In this document: positions 31,185 to 45,488 of the stretch, piece after piece
Layout of the letters: the number at the start of each line of letters is the position of its first letter
Position numbering within the stretch: position 1 is the first letter of the stretch
From: the human T2T-CHM13v2.0 reference genome, Homo sapiens
Length of the DNA: 64,000 nucleotides
Reading direction: 5' to 3' (one strand)
Assembly (NCBI RefSeq): GCF_009914755.1
Contig: NC_060931.1
Translations under genes and position numbers: made by a program
Notes under the pieces: model-generated
The model's input: the letters and a program-made list of their open reading frames with translations, nothing else
The model's database searches: none
What the model was told of the DNA's origin: nothing

Positions 31185-33559
31185 TAATAGCAAAGTGGTT
31201 AAGAGTCTGAATTCCTGATTCAGATTGCTAGTGTGACTCTCTGTGTCTGAATTCATCTGTAAATGGGAATACTAGTCCGTACTTTATAGTTTGCAGATGC
31301 TCTTAGTACAGGGTTCAAATGTTAACTGTAATTACCTCTCCTATTTTTGTTATTGCTAGAGAGAAACCTGTAATGATAATCACAAAATATTAATAATTGT
31401 TGTTTCTGGGTAGTAGGACTTGTGATGATTTCTTCCTTCTAAATCCTTTTTTAACAATGAATAGCATAAAGCTGTCCCTTTAAAAATAAAATTAAAATAT
31501 AAATTTTAGTTGTCCCGGGAGTTCTTTTGTATCTGAAACCTCAGTTGTCAAGCTTGGAAATCTGTACTTTTAAAATATCCTCAAGCGATTCTGATTACAC
31601 ATCAGGTTTGGAAGCACTTGGCATAAAGAACTTCCCCCACCCAATTCAAAGAAATAGTATTTAAGCCCTCATAATGTGCAGTGTGGTTAAGCTGTGTCTT
31701 TTTCCAGTCTAGTCTACCTCAACACTCTTGTGGACATGATTTTTGCCAAAAATCTGAGTGAGCTTTGGGATGCATTCTACCCCCATGAGATGGCTATTTT
31801 ATCCCAGGAGCAGGAAAAAAAAAAATGGGAGTTTACAGTTATTTAGTCATAAGGCCGGAGTCCTTTAAATTGGAAGGGAATGTGGTAAACACAACACAAG
31901 AGGAGCCAACACATTCTGAGTGTGCTGATACTCTGGGGGAGAAGAGTAAGAGAGTATGACAGGCATCAGACAGCATCACAAAACATTTTAAAGTTAAAAA
32001 CAATTACGTAACACCAAGAAGTCAGTTTTCCTTACATTCACTCCAGGATAGATGCCTTGCTTAAAAAGTGCCTCTTCAGCTAAGAAAAACTGTGTCCATA
32101 AGTACTTCAGTAGCTTTCCACAAACAGTAACTGTTTTTGTGTTATAGAAGTAGGCTTGTTCTGAAGCTCAGCATGTCCTTGGAATATGATTGAGTAGCAT
32201 GTTAGTATTCATAGTTGATGGAGCTGGGTTAGCACTTCTTTAACTTCAGATATCCATATGATGATAGAAATAGGAATTTTCTCTGGTCCTGCAGTCCTTC
32301 CTCTTCTCAGTCACAGTGCTTTCTGCCTAAGTGGTACTGAATGGCATTGTGACTACTGCTTTCTTCTCCAGTGCCAGGAGCGGTAGACTCTGCAGCAGTA
32401 AAATACTGTCTTTGTTCTTTTCTGAGATGGTGAAGTGGCTGTGTATGGTATTAAGGCAAAATCACAGCTAGGACAAAAAGCAATGGAAAACCAAGATCAG
32501 TGTGCTGTAAGGCAAAGTGTTAGTGAGAGAATCAGAGGATGTAGAGAGTGACAACTCAGTATCTGCTAATGCTCCAGGTTCACTGCTTCAATCGTATTCT
32601 GCTTGTCTTCCTCCATAAGAAATTAAGAGTTAAAACATCTTTCATTTACTTCTCTTGGCTTCATGTTTTCAATTCATGGTACTTTCATATCACATACCTC
32701 TATTGTAGATTGTCTTGATCATGTATACTGCTAAAGGAAGGACTTGTATAATATCGAACAGATACTTGACTAATCAGTTCTCTCTGGCTGTTTGAATGAA
32801 ATTTCAAACCAAGATTTCTGGTTAGAGCAAGGTCTAATGAACTGGTCCTCAGACAATCGAGATATTTAGAATTTCAGAACAATCACTTAAGACAGGAGGG
32901 ATATGTTTTATTGTATCTTTTGGATATAAAGATTACACTAACGGCCAACCTGAATGAGGGAAAGGGGGCAGTAGGGAGGCAGAATTTGAGACCCCCTCAT
33001 CAGAGAAAACAGCAGAAAGACATGGTAAACTTGTTTCTGGTTTTCCTGTGGCAAATTTGATTGGGTGTAGAGAGAAGGATCGTTGAGTGGGGCTATGTAC
33101 TCATCATCCATGAAGGCCTACCTTTCTGAACTTGAAGGTACAGTCAGGATAGAGCAAAAGGTGTAAACATGTATCTGATAGTTTCAGATGGTTAATTTAC
33201 ATCTCAAGATACTGGGCAGCTTTGCTTATACTGTGCTGTTCCTTCACCTCTCCTCTTCCTCTTAGGGTTTTTCTTCCCAAACTGGAATTACAATTCAGGA
33301 GAGAGCCTGAAATATAAGATATATAATGCAGCATAAGCATGGTGTGTTGTCATGGCATGTCAATTTTACTTGTAGATTTTGGGATATTTTTATATCAAAT
33401 ATGAATATATTAAGTATGTACTTAATGGGATAAAGACACATGAATGGGTTTTTGTATACACTTTTTACTGAAATAAATGTTAATACAGAAAAGTATGTAA
33501 AATCATAAATGTAGAGCTTAATGAATGTCACAGAGAACAAGCCATGTAACTACTAGTTT

Positions 33560-35500
33560 TTTTTGTGGTATCAATAAGCTTTCCTTTAATTACTGTTTGT
33601 ATGGTATATTTTTCTATTATTTTGCTTTCAACTTTATAAATCTATTTAATATGTGTCTCTTGTAAGCTGCATGTAGATGAGTTTATTTTTCTCGAGTCTG
33701 GCTGGCAATCTTTATTTTTTAATTGTAGTTTTTAGTCTATTTGCTTTTAATATAATCATTGATATGTTTGGTTCTAAATCAACCACCTTACTATTTATTT
33801 TCTATTTGTCTCATCTATTCTATATTCCCTTTTTTTTTTTTTTTTTAACATTGCCTTGATTTGGGGTATTTTCCCATTTCATTTTTTTGTATTTGAATTT
33901 AATTATATTGTTTTACTGTTTGTTTGTTTAAAGATTATATTAGACATCCTTGGTCTTTTAAAGGCTATTATTAATCAGTTTTTTTTTTTTAAACAACTCC
34001 TGGACAGTGAAATGACTTTAGAGCTCTTAAACTCTATGGATCCTCCTTATACTTTTTGATGCCAGTTTTGTAATTTGTTTTAATGGTAATAATACTAATA
34101 TCTTGTGAGACTTTCAAAAAATGTTTTATTATAGCCAATATTTATTTGGATTTACTTACATACATACCCTTTTTATGACTCTCCCTTCCTTCCTACATCT
34201 CTGAATTTTTATCTGAAATTCTTTTCCTTCTGCCTGAAGAATTAGAAATAGAACTGTTAGTGATAAATTCACTTAGGTTTTGTTTTTCTGAACATGTTTT
34301 TAAGGCTCATTCTTGAAGGACATTTTTGCTGGATACAGAATGCTAGGTTGGTAGTTCTGTTCTTTTAGCACTTTAAAAATAGTTCACTGCAGTCTTGATT
34401 CTGTTGTTGCTGCTAAAAAGTCAGCTGTCAATCTTATTACACCTTTGAAGTTTTTTTTTCTGTCCTTGGTTTTCAGTAGTTTGACTGATGTACTTAGGTA
34501 ACATTTTCTTTTTCTTTGTAATCTTCATTGGGTTTTGTAGATTTTTAATGTGAGGGTTGGTACTGTGTCAGTTTCGGAAAATATTCAGTCATTATTTCTT
34601 TAAATACCACTTCTCCTGAGTTATGTCTCTTCCCTCAAAGGTTCCAGTTAACACTTACATTAGACCCTTTCACTTTATTCTGTTTTTTTGCTCAATTCTT
34701 TTTCAATCCATTTGTTTTTCCATACTTCATTCTGCGTATTTTCTTCTGACCTAGCTTTTTAGGTTATTAATTTTTTTCTTCAGCTGTGACTATTCTATGC
34801 CTAATTTCTTAATCTTGCCATTTAATTTCTTGACTTTATTAAGAATAGTTATTTCTAAGCTAAAAATATGAAAATCTTATTTGAGTCTTTTGGCTCTGTT
34901 TCTATTGTCTACTTTTTTGTGTTTAGCCGTAATTTTCATCTTGATGCCTGGTTGTTTTGGACATTGTGTATCAAAATTTTGTCCATGTTGTATACCAAAA
35001 AAAAAAAAGTCGTCATGATAATTTGAGGTTCTTCATGATTTTATATTTCTCCAGGAGAATATTTTTACAGTTAGGCTAGGGCGGATCATCCAGTCAGTGG
35101 CTGAGATGACTCTAACGTAGACTTCAGCCGTTGTAAAGATTGGTCTATTTTTGTTTTGTTCTTATTCTCAGATTGTAGCCTTTCAGAGTCCTTGATAAGA
35201 GCATAGGTGTTTTTCAGGACCTCTTCTCCTAAGCAGACTTTGGACATTAATTTTTGCTTAGCTTTATTGCCCTTGCTGTTTTCTCTTTCAGAATCAGTCA
35301 TTGTCTTGAGGATAGAGCAGTGCCAGATGTCTGGTCTGCCTCTTTCCTTCCTTCTTCCAGATTTTGGCCCTACTAATTCTCACTGCCTTGATATCTTACC
35401 AGTGTCTTCAAACACATATTTATATTTTTTTACATTTTGTTCAGTTTTTCTGATTGCACTTGGTTGTACTAAAAGAACCTAGTCAGCCATTCCAGAAATA
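33560..35500 (-). mobile_element. Ancient L1ME-type fragment (ORF2 start / ORF1 / 5' region)
   Basis: Degenerate L1 antisense motifs (tgtctcttgtaagc.gcat.tag, ttcttgaaggacatttttgctgg, aagtcagctgtcaatct). Confidence 0.6.
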
Positions 35501-35691
35501 CATGAAGTTGTTTTGTTTTTATTATTGTAGTGGTGATTGTTGGTTTGTACTTTTGCTTTCACAAACTATTTCAAAGCAATTTTGATTTTTAGGGTTATAT
35601 TTCCCAGACCTCTACTTTCACTGCCCATTGCCCTCTGCTGTTAGTGGTGATTAGGTGAAGAGTTTGAGAAATGTAATGGAAAGGGCGTGGG

Positions 35692-36096
<405 letters not shown>

Positions 36097-36457
36097 TAAA
36101 ATTTCTCTTTCCTCATCTGCAGACGGGTTTAGTGAGAATGAAAAAGGACATTGAAATTAAATTTTATTTAAAATGAAATAATGTATGGACAGCTTCTGGT
36201 ATATAATAAATGCTTAGTAAACTTATTTTTTTAATTATCTTGAGGAATAGGAAACTAGAGTTAAGACCAATCTTTTAAGGAATTTAATAGAAGTTTATAA
36301 CTTCACCATATAGTAATTGTTAACAAAAGCTTAAAAAGGGCGTTTATGTCAATGTTTGGTTGTGGGGCAGTTCAACAGGCATCTGTGTCCCAGGTACCCT
36401 ACTTAATCTCGTTAATATTATAGATTCCATCCAAAATCTAGATCTTGCAGTATAGAG

Positions 36458-36990
36458 CAGAGGTCAGCAAACTTTTTCTTTTTTTTTTCTGAGATAGTTT
36501 CACTCTTTTGCCCAGGCTGGAGTTGAGTGGTGCAGTCTTGGCACACTGCAACCTCCGCCTTCTGAGTTCAAGTGATTCTCCCACCTTATTCTTACCAATT
36601 CTTCCCAAGTATTCACCTTATTCTTCCCAAGTAGCTGTGACTGCAGGCATATGCCACCATGCCCAGCTAATTTTTTACCATGTTGTCCAGGCTGGTCTCA
36701 AGCTCCTGACTTCAAGTGATCCACCCGCCTTGGCCTCCCAGAGTGCTGGGATTACAGGCATGAGCCACTGTGCCTAGCCAGCAAACTTTTTCTATAAAGG
36801 GCTAGGTACGGTTTTGTGAGACATATTGCCTCTATTGTAGCTATTCACTCTGCTGTTTTAGGGCAAAAGTAGCCGCAGTCAGTATATAAATGAATGGGCA
36901 TGGGTGTGTTCAAATAAAACTCTATTTACAAAAACAGGTAGCAGGCCAGGTTTGGTCCATGGGTCCTCAAACTGTGCTGACCCTAGTCCT
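36458..36990. mobile_element. MER58-type hAT MITE interrupted by an Alu
   Basis: cagaggtcagcaaactttttc..taaagggc..gtgttcaaataaaactctatttacaaaaacagg..tgctgaccc. Confidence 0.8.
36479..36779 (-). mobile_element. Rearranged AluS/J (internal deletion plus templated duplication)
   Basis: TSD agcaaactttttct at 36466 and 36780. Linker region shortened; extra sequence at ~36580-36632. Confidence 0.88.
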
Positions 36991-37526
36991 CCACAAGCTA
37001 CAAGTGTTTTTTTACGTTTATAAAGGATTGTTTAAGAAGAAGATGCAACAGAAACCACATGAGACCCAAAAAGCCAAAAATATTTTATTTCTAGTTCTTT
37101 ACAGAAAGGGTTTGCTAACTTTTGGGTTGGAGAAGGGGTGGTGGTTGCTACCAGAGAAAAAGAAGTAGACTTCCGTACTCAGAGTTAACAGCAAAGAAAG
37201 AAAAACAACACGACAGGAAGCCCTGGATCCACAAAGGATCGTGGTGGGAAGAATAGGAAATTCTGTGTGCAATACTGACATACTCATCCATACCCCACCC
37301 CAACTGTGACTGTCCTACTAATTAATCTGGTTTTATGGATTTTCCATAATGTGCTGTTTTAGCAGCAAATAGAGGGGTAAACTCATAGATAATAGCTAAA
37401 TACTGTTAGAAATTAACTTTCCGTTATAGCTAAATGTTACCAGAATTTTTACTCCGGTTATGTATACAGCTTTGATTTTATAACATCCTGCTAATTTTTG
37501 TTCTTACAGAAATACACTTTCGGGAA

Positions 37527-37746
37527 ATGGCCTCTAAATCCTGGCTGAATTTTTTAACCTTCCTCTGTGGATCAGCAATAGGATTTCTTTTATGTTCTCA
37601 GCTATTTAGTATTTTGTTGGGAGAAAAGGTTGACACCCAGCCTAATGTTCTTCATAATGATCCTCATGCAAGGCATTCAGATGATAATGGACAGAATCAT
37701 CTAGAAGGACAAATGAACTTCAATGCAGATTCTAGCCAACATAAAG
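37527..37746 (+). CDS. C1GALT1: C1GALT1 first coding exon (exon spans 37510-37746, 17 nt of 5' UTR): cytoplasmic tail, type II TM anchor, stem; codons 1-74
   Basis: MASKSWLNFLTFLCGSAIGFLLCSQLFSILLGEK. Acceptor ttttgttcttacag|A, Kozak gaaATGG, donor AAAG|gtatgg (phase 1). Confidence 0.98.
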
Positions 37747-39705
37747 GTATGGTTTACTTTATTAAGCAGTAAACATAAGCAGTATTTTAGTCTAAATTTT
37801 GTCATATTCCTGTCTGTATCTGTTAATTAAAATGGGCTATATATTCCAGATATTAAAAATAATTCTTGGTTTGCCTCAAGAGAAGGGAATTGCTAAAACT
37901 CAGATTTATTTAGGGAATAAGATATTAATTTTGAATTCGTTTTTAAGTAGAAATAGTTCAGAACCCATGATTTGGGGAAGGGCATAACTATTCAGATTTG
38001 ATTTGTTTCTGAAAATGTTTTTCTAGGTTCAGTTTTGTTATATGTGTGTCTTTGGTTTTTGTTACTTGTTTTGGTCATAGCTTTTGCTTAAGTCTTGTTT
38101 TCCTAGAGAAACTTGAGGTGTATGTAAGTTTCGATTTATATTTTTATAATTAGTTAATAGAACTAATCTTTTTTTTCCTCAAGAGGCACAAAGAACAAGG
38201 AAGTTAAAAACCAAGGATGCGTTCTAAAGACTTCATTTTCTCCTAGCCTCCTACCTCTAACCAGATTTTCTCAGTTGAGTTATTTATGTGTCCCTTAAGT
38301 GTTGGTTCTCTCCAAGTTTCTGTCCTTTAGCTGTTTGTCTGTGTGACATCATTAACCCGCATAATTTTAATTTCCTTCTATTTCTTACTGTCTTTAGCCC
38401 AGTTCCAGACATTGTGAGGTGACATTAACACAATGCAAAATACGGTTTGACAGAAAATAATATAAGTAGCTTGAAAACAATTGGAATTCTGGGATGCAGA
38501 GGGTCCACTATTCAGTTTTTTCTCTTCTCTTCTCAGTAGTAAATTATTTCTTCACCACCTCTCAAGCAGAGGTTGAATGGTGAGATTTCAAAGCCTGGTT
38601 CCATTTTATCAACTAGCAAACATAAACATACTATTACAAAGTATGTCGTGTTTTGTGATTGTTTATGTAACAGTAATTCAGCTCTGAGCAAGTGCTCTGT
38701 GTTCCTACAGAACAGTTTGGTCACTGTGTATTTGCTCTGTAGCATAGCCACATGTCTTTAGGTGATCAATTGGAGGCAGAGTTCCCTACTAATAGTAAGC
38801 CGTACGAGGCCTCACTGCAGGCATGTGTATTAGATACATACTTGTCCAGCTCAGTGGCCTACAAAATGTGGGGTATGCTAAAAGTTTGTCTACTCCCTTC
38901 AGACTCAGCATGTGTAAATTGAGTCTCCTTTTCCTTCCTACTCCTAGAAGTTGCTCTTCCTCCTCTATTCTTTCTTTTATATGGCTCATTACCATCTGTC
39001 TGTGCCAGAAATTAAGAAATCATGGTAGGTGCTTGCCTTCACATGCTAGCCAATTCGATTTGTCAGTACATTCTAACAGTGCTGCTACTTTACCATTTTT
39101 CATCTCTTTTCCTCTCAGTCCTCAGTGCATTTCCGATTCAGGCCTTCAGCTATACCCATGTACCTGCACTCAACCAAACTTCACCATTCCTTTTGGTGAA
39201 CTTATAACCTATTTTCTGTATTATGTCTTTATTTTTTAATCTTCCTCTTTGTTCTACCTAGGTCCCTATCTACTGCTCTGTAGGATTTATTAGCCACTAT
39301 TTTCCTTCAGCACATTGAATCCTTTGTTCATACCTCTATAATAACATCTCTTAGTATTTAGCAATTATTGGTTTGTGTGTCAGGCTCAGGCTCCCTGAAT
39401 GGACTGAATTCCTCTGCAGCAGGAAATGTGTCTTACTCATTTTTTTCATCTCCTATGCCAGCCCATGCCCAGTACAAAGCAATTAGTGAATGAAAAATTA
39501 TTTATCAAGTTCAGCGGTGGACAAACCTGTCTTACCTGAATGAAACAGATTGGGGATTCCTGCATTCACTGTTCTATCCATTCAAGGTTTGGTATATTTG
39601 TATAGCCAAGAGATTGGGCTCCTCAAGGATATGAGATGTCTATGCTTTCTGACTGAAAGTAGGGTGATTTTGTCTGCTGTTGTCCTTTTGGATTGTGAAT
39701 CTTGA

Positions 39706-40030
<325 letters not shown>

Positions 40031-41461
40031 GGGACATGAGAATATTTTTATGTTCCACCCAGCTTTTCCCATTATTCCCTCTCAGTTGGTTAACTAGTAT
40101 ATTATATGCCTCCATTGTTAATTTCTCATAGGACTAAGCTTCTGTAACTTGCTGTTTGACCTTAATTTTAAGCATATGCTTCGTCAGGATACTGCCCAGA
40201 ACATTGCTACTGAAAGTCAGTTCATAGACTCATTCTGGTCCTATAACTAAAGAATGTCTGCTTATTTGGGAGTAAGCAGAAACTTTTATTGTAATTGGAG
40301 TAATTTTGTCTGAAGCTAAAAATAAAAATTTAGGACTTGTTTTATATTTTAGTTTTATTTTTCTTATAATTCATTTTTATCCTATTTACACAGTGTAGAC
40401 CTCTTTTAGAAATAAAAATTGGCCTTTCACCACAGATAGCTTGGGAAGTACTCATCTAGAATCTCATCATTGAGCTCTTCCTCTGTACCGGTGCTACTCA
40501 AAATGCGGTCCTGGCCTGACACTTTGTCAGCTGTTTGTCTGCACAAGATAATGAGGTTACACTAGGATGTAAATCAGTTTTACGCTCACTGCTTACTTAA
40601 ATGGACAGTTTTAAGTTTCAGTTTTAAGCTCACTGCTTAGTTAAGTGGACATTTTGATTGGTTGGTTCTGATAGTAGGCCTTTTTCAAAGTAATGTGTTG
40701 CTTTCTGTTCTGGTATAAGCTCCTTATTTCTTTGCAAACCTGTAGTTTAAAGAGCACTGCTCTAGACCATCTTGGAATTCCCATGTCTACCATTGTTCTC
40801 TTCTGTTTTTGATTGGTGGATTTACATTTTGGAATGAGGTATGTGACTATCAGAAAGTAATCTCAACTCCTGTGCTTTGACCTTTTACCACCTCAGGGTA
40901 CTTGTAGAAATTCTTAATAGTGGATTATTGTGAACTTCAAAAATGAACTGCCACTTCAGCAGCATGTCTTTCCTGCTCTTCAGAAACTCGTTCAGAGCAG
41001 TGAGAAATTTCTGTCAGTAATCTATTAAAAACTGGCTGCTTTCTTTTATGAAGTGCCAAGCAGAGACTATTTAAGGCAGCATTTAGCATGCCTATGAAGC
41101 ACCAGGAGAACTTATTAAAATGCTGATTCTGAGTCAGTAGGTCTGGGCCTAAGATTATGCATTTCTAACAGGCTCCCAGGTGATGCTGCTGCTTTTAATC
41201 AGTAAACTACAGTTTGAGACGAATTTAGATTATAATGTCAACTCTTACTAGCTCCAGTGATGTCCTAGATAACACTGACATGAAACCAATAAATCAGAGT
41301 GTCAGTTCACATTAGGATGAGTTTGCTTTCCTTTGGCTAAATCACTAATAGAGGGATAAATAGGGACTTTGAAATTAGGACAGTGCTTTCTTCAGTATAA
41401 TTTATTAATATTTGGATTTTACATCTATGTAAATAACCTTTTAAAATGTTTTGTTTAATAG

Positions 41462-42129
41462 ATGAGAACACAGACATTGCTGAAAACCTCTATCAGAAAG
41501 TTAGAATTCTTTGCTGGGTTATGACCGGCCCTCAAAACCTAGAGAAAAAGGCCAAACACGTCAAAGCTACTTGGGCCCAGCGTTGTAACAAAGTGTTGTT
41601 TATGAGTTCAGAAGAAAATAAAGACTTCCCTGCTGTGGGACTGAAAACCAAAGAAGGCAGAGATCAACTATACTGGAAAACAATTAAAGCTTTTCAGTAT
41701 GTTCATGAACATTATTTAGAAGATGCTGATTGGTTTTTGAAAGCAGATGATGACACGTATGTCATACTAGACAATTTGAGGTGGCTTCTTTCAAAATACG
41801 ACCCTGAAGAACCCATTTACTTTGGGAGAAGATTTAAGCCTTATGTAAAGCAGGGCTACATGAGTGGAGGAGCAGGATATGTACTAAGCAAAGAAGCCTT
41901 GAAAAGATTTGTTGATGCATTTAAAACAGACAAGTGTACACATAGTTCCTCCATTGAAGACTTAGCACTGGGGAGATGCATGGAAATTATGAATGTAGAA
42001 GCAGGAGATTCCAGAGATACCATTGGAAAAGAAACTTTTCATCCCTTTGTGCCAGAACACCATTTAATTAAAGGTTATCTACCTAGAACGTTTTGGTACT
42101 GGAATTACAACTATTATCCTCCTGTAGAG
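41462..42129 (+). CDS. C1GALT1: C1GALT1 second coding exon: GT31/Fringe-like catalytic domain, codons 74-296
   Basis: [26 protein letters not shown] (DDD169-171 metal motif)..[19 protein letters not shown]. Acceptor tttaatag|AT, donor GAG|gtaagt. 668 nt, phases consistent. Confidence 0.99.
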
Positions 42130-43324
42130 GTAAGTTTAGAAATTTTATTACTATGTCAATACTTGGACTGACTGAATTTTGTTGATAAAAACATGTTAAT
42201 ATGTGTATGTTTCTTTAGTACCAACAACAAGGACTCTTCCTTAGTCTTTTTAAATAGAGTGGCAGTATAACAAAATAGATGAGAACAGGGACATCAGCAA
42301 TCAGCAGTAGTCACTTAGCAAATAGCTATTGATGCTGTTATATGCCAGGCACTGAGAATGTAGAAGTAAATCACAGCCAATTTCCAGTTCTCGTGAACCT
42401 TACATTCTGGATGAGGAGATATACAGTAAACAGGCAGACTTGTAAATATAAAATAGGATTTTAGTAGTAAGTGCCCTGAAGAAAAATAAGCCAAGTAAGG
42501 GGATGGAGAGTGACCCAGAGTGGGATGGAGTCCTCTGGTTTGGGTGATTAAGAAGGCCTCTCAAAGAGGTGACTTTTGAGCAGAACCCTGAGTGTTATTA
42601 GAGAGCAAGTTGGGTGAAGATCTGGGTAAAGAGCCTTCTAGTCATCAGGAGGATTTAATGGAGGTTCAGAAAGACCTAGAGTCAAATCCTGCTCTCTCAC
42701 TTAATAGCCGAACAACCTTGGATGGACAGGAGCCTTGGATGACATCTGAGCTTCAGTTTCCTCATTTGTAAGATGGACATAATGTACCTGTCTTATTTAG
42801 TTGTTGTAATTACAACATAGTACAGCCCTTCACACAGTAAGCATTTAATAAGCCTTGGCTCACATTCCTGAGAATTTTATCTAAAGTGCATTATTTTAGG
42901 AAGTATTCCAGTAGTACAAATATTTCAGAATATACATTGTACTTATCCCCTGTCTTTACCAAATATTAATCTTTTTGCCACATTTGTTTCAGTTATTTAA
43001 AGAAGAAAATGCTATAGTATTGTTTTTCAGATTTTTAAATAAATATCTTTCTACAACTTGCCCTTTTCACACAACATTGAGATTTATCAATGTTAATTAC
43101 ATGTCTGCTGTGTTCACTATTATAAGCATTGCTTCAGTGAATAACTGAATGAGACCAGGAATCATGGAACCTAGCTTTTAGGCTCAGTTCTGTTACTAAT
43201 AATGCCTTTAGGCAAGTCACTAGTTCTCTATGCCTTCTTTTCTGTGGACCTAACGTATAAATAATACACTTCATGCTACTACTGTCATCTTCATAAGGCA
43301 ATGCTTTCAAATCATCATCTGGAA

Positions 43325-43553
43325 CAGTGATTCTCAACCCAGGGCAATTTTGCCCCCAGAGGACATTTGGCAAGGTCTGGAGACATTTTTGGTTGTTACA
43401 GCTAGGAGGCTGCTACTGGCATCTAATGGGTAGAAACCCACTACATTATAAACCTACTAAATGCTAAACATCCTAAAATGCACAGGACAGCCTCCTACAA
43501 CAAAGAATTACTCTAGCCCAAAATGTCAGTAGTACCATGGTTCAGAGACCCTG
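43325..43553. mobile_element. MER20 hAT-Charlie MITE
   Basis: cagtgattctcaacccagggcaattttgccccc..ggacatttggcaa.gtctggagacattttt..gcccaaaatgtca.tagt..gagaccctg. Confidence 0.88.
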
Positions 43554-45229
43554 GCCTAGAACATCTGACCCAAGCTTTAGGTAATCAGCTTTAAAAGGAA
43601 ACTTTTGATAGTCTGTTTTTCTATTTTAGTGAGAGTACTACTTTGGATGCTTTTTTGATGTAAACTTTTCTTAATATATTTTGACCATTCCAAGATGACT
43701 TGATCTTTTTTCCTTAATTCTGTATCCTTTTCCCATATAAAAAATTTACCCAAATTCAAGAATATAAACATGTAGCAAATACATCCAAATGCATATAAGA
43801 TCTTACTAAGAGTATCTGATGTTGGATACACATACAGTAGTAGCAAAGGGACATCATAATTGGCAAATTTGTTCTTTCTCTAGAAATTTATCAAATTATG
43901 TTGAAGACCATAAAACAGAATTAGAATTCAGAGTACCAAAATTGACCCATCAATCTGACATTGCCTGTTCTCCCTCAGGAGATTCTTACATAAACCCAAC
44001 GTGAAACTAAAATTCTATTATTATCCATCTATCATTTAGTAAGTTTTCTTCCCCCTAAATGAGTTTAAATCTTATACATACTTTTTTTTTCTATATACTA
44101 ATTACTGAAAATACAGAAAATTTTTATCTAGCAAGTCAGGGTAAAAGATATTCTAATTCATGAAAGAGTTACATTCCTAAATTTCTTGTTCAGAACTGAC
44201 TCTTAAGCAGTTCCCTTCCCACTCCACCTTCTTAGTAATAGACTTTTCACCAGAGAAGTTGCAGTGAGTCTTAATATGGTAGATTTAAAATATATGTGTA
44301 ATTGTTTACATATATATCTCTCTCTACATGAAAAATTGACTTTTCTGTAGGTCAGAAATGGTCAAATATGATCTACTTTATTCAGTTTTATTTACATTAT
44401 TCTATCTGAAACATATTAGTACATAAGTGAGGTAGAGAGCTCCTGATTTTTTTAAATTGTTAACTAATTATTCTACTACCATTTTTTAACTCATTACTGA
44501 TTTAAAATGTCCCCCTTATCATACACTGTAACCTTACTTATAGTAGGATCTAAATCTGGGATTTCATTTCTATGCCATTGTTCTCATTTGATTTTGGCCC
44601 AGCACCATATTGTTTTGAACCTTGTAGCTTTACAGCAGTTTTAAGTTACTATTCTAAGGGCAAATTAACTCTTCTTTTTTTCTAAGTGTTTTGGCAACTC
44701 ATTTCTTTATCTTTGCATACAAACTCATTAATTTAGGGACAATAACATCTTTGCCCAGGATTTTTTGTAAGTCACCTTTTAGGTCCTTTGGTCAAGTTTT
44801 ATAAACTATTTCCATAGGTATGCAATATTTTTGTTACTGTTCTACTTGGGCTTTTAAAGACTTAACTTTTTACTGATATATATGAAAACTTATTTGTTTG
44901 ATTTTCTTTTTAAGCATCTTTAAAATCTGGCTTTGTAACTGAATTCTCTATTTCTGATGATTCTTCACTTGAGATTCTTGAGTTTTTTTGGGTAACCATA
45001 ATTGTCTGCTAGCTCTTGTTTTCTAATAATTATAGCTTTTTACTTTTATTGTCTTTTATTGCATAAATGCTTAACAGAATCCTGGCCATCCAGTAAAATA
45101 TAAATAAATAAGAGCAATATAATTAATGCAGTAAATCTTATCAAAAATATTATTTTACAGAATATAAAAATTGCTTCCAGAGGTCAGCAATTTATAACTA
45201 TTACTGGTCTAGTCCTTAAGTTTAATATG

Positions 45230-45488
45230 CACTGGACAGTATAGTAGCCACTAAGTATGTGTGGTTATTGAGCACTTGAAATGTGGCTAGTCCAAATTGA
45301 GATATGCTGTAAATAAAATACACACCTAATTTCAAGAAAGGTTTCATTAATCATCGCAAAACTATTGCATGTTAAAACAGTATGATGAACTTTTTCAGTT
45401 AAATAAAATGAAATTTCACTTTTTTTTTTTTTTTTTTACATTTTTTATGTGGCTACTATATGGCTTACATATCTGTTGGACAGAGCTA
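45230..45488. mobile_element. MER3/MER33-type hAT MITE
   Basis: gtagccactaag.atgtgtggttattgagcacttgaaatgtggctagt...tctgttggacagagct. Confidence 0.7.

Noticed and set aside
37747-37772. 81-aa ORF extension GMVYFIKQ
   Set aside because: Simple read-through past a good gtatgg donor, with no supporting features.
38823-39239. 138-aa intronic ORF
   Set aside because: Overlaps L2-like decayed sequence, low complexity, no recognisable domain.
41446-41461. Upstream ATG (MFCLI) as the true start of the 241-aa ORF
   Set aside because: It lies in the intron's acceptor region. The spliced phase matches the upstream exon exactly.
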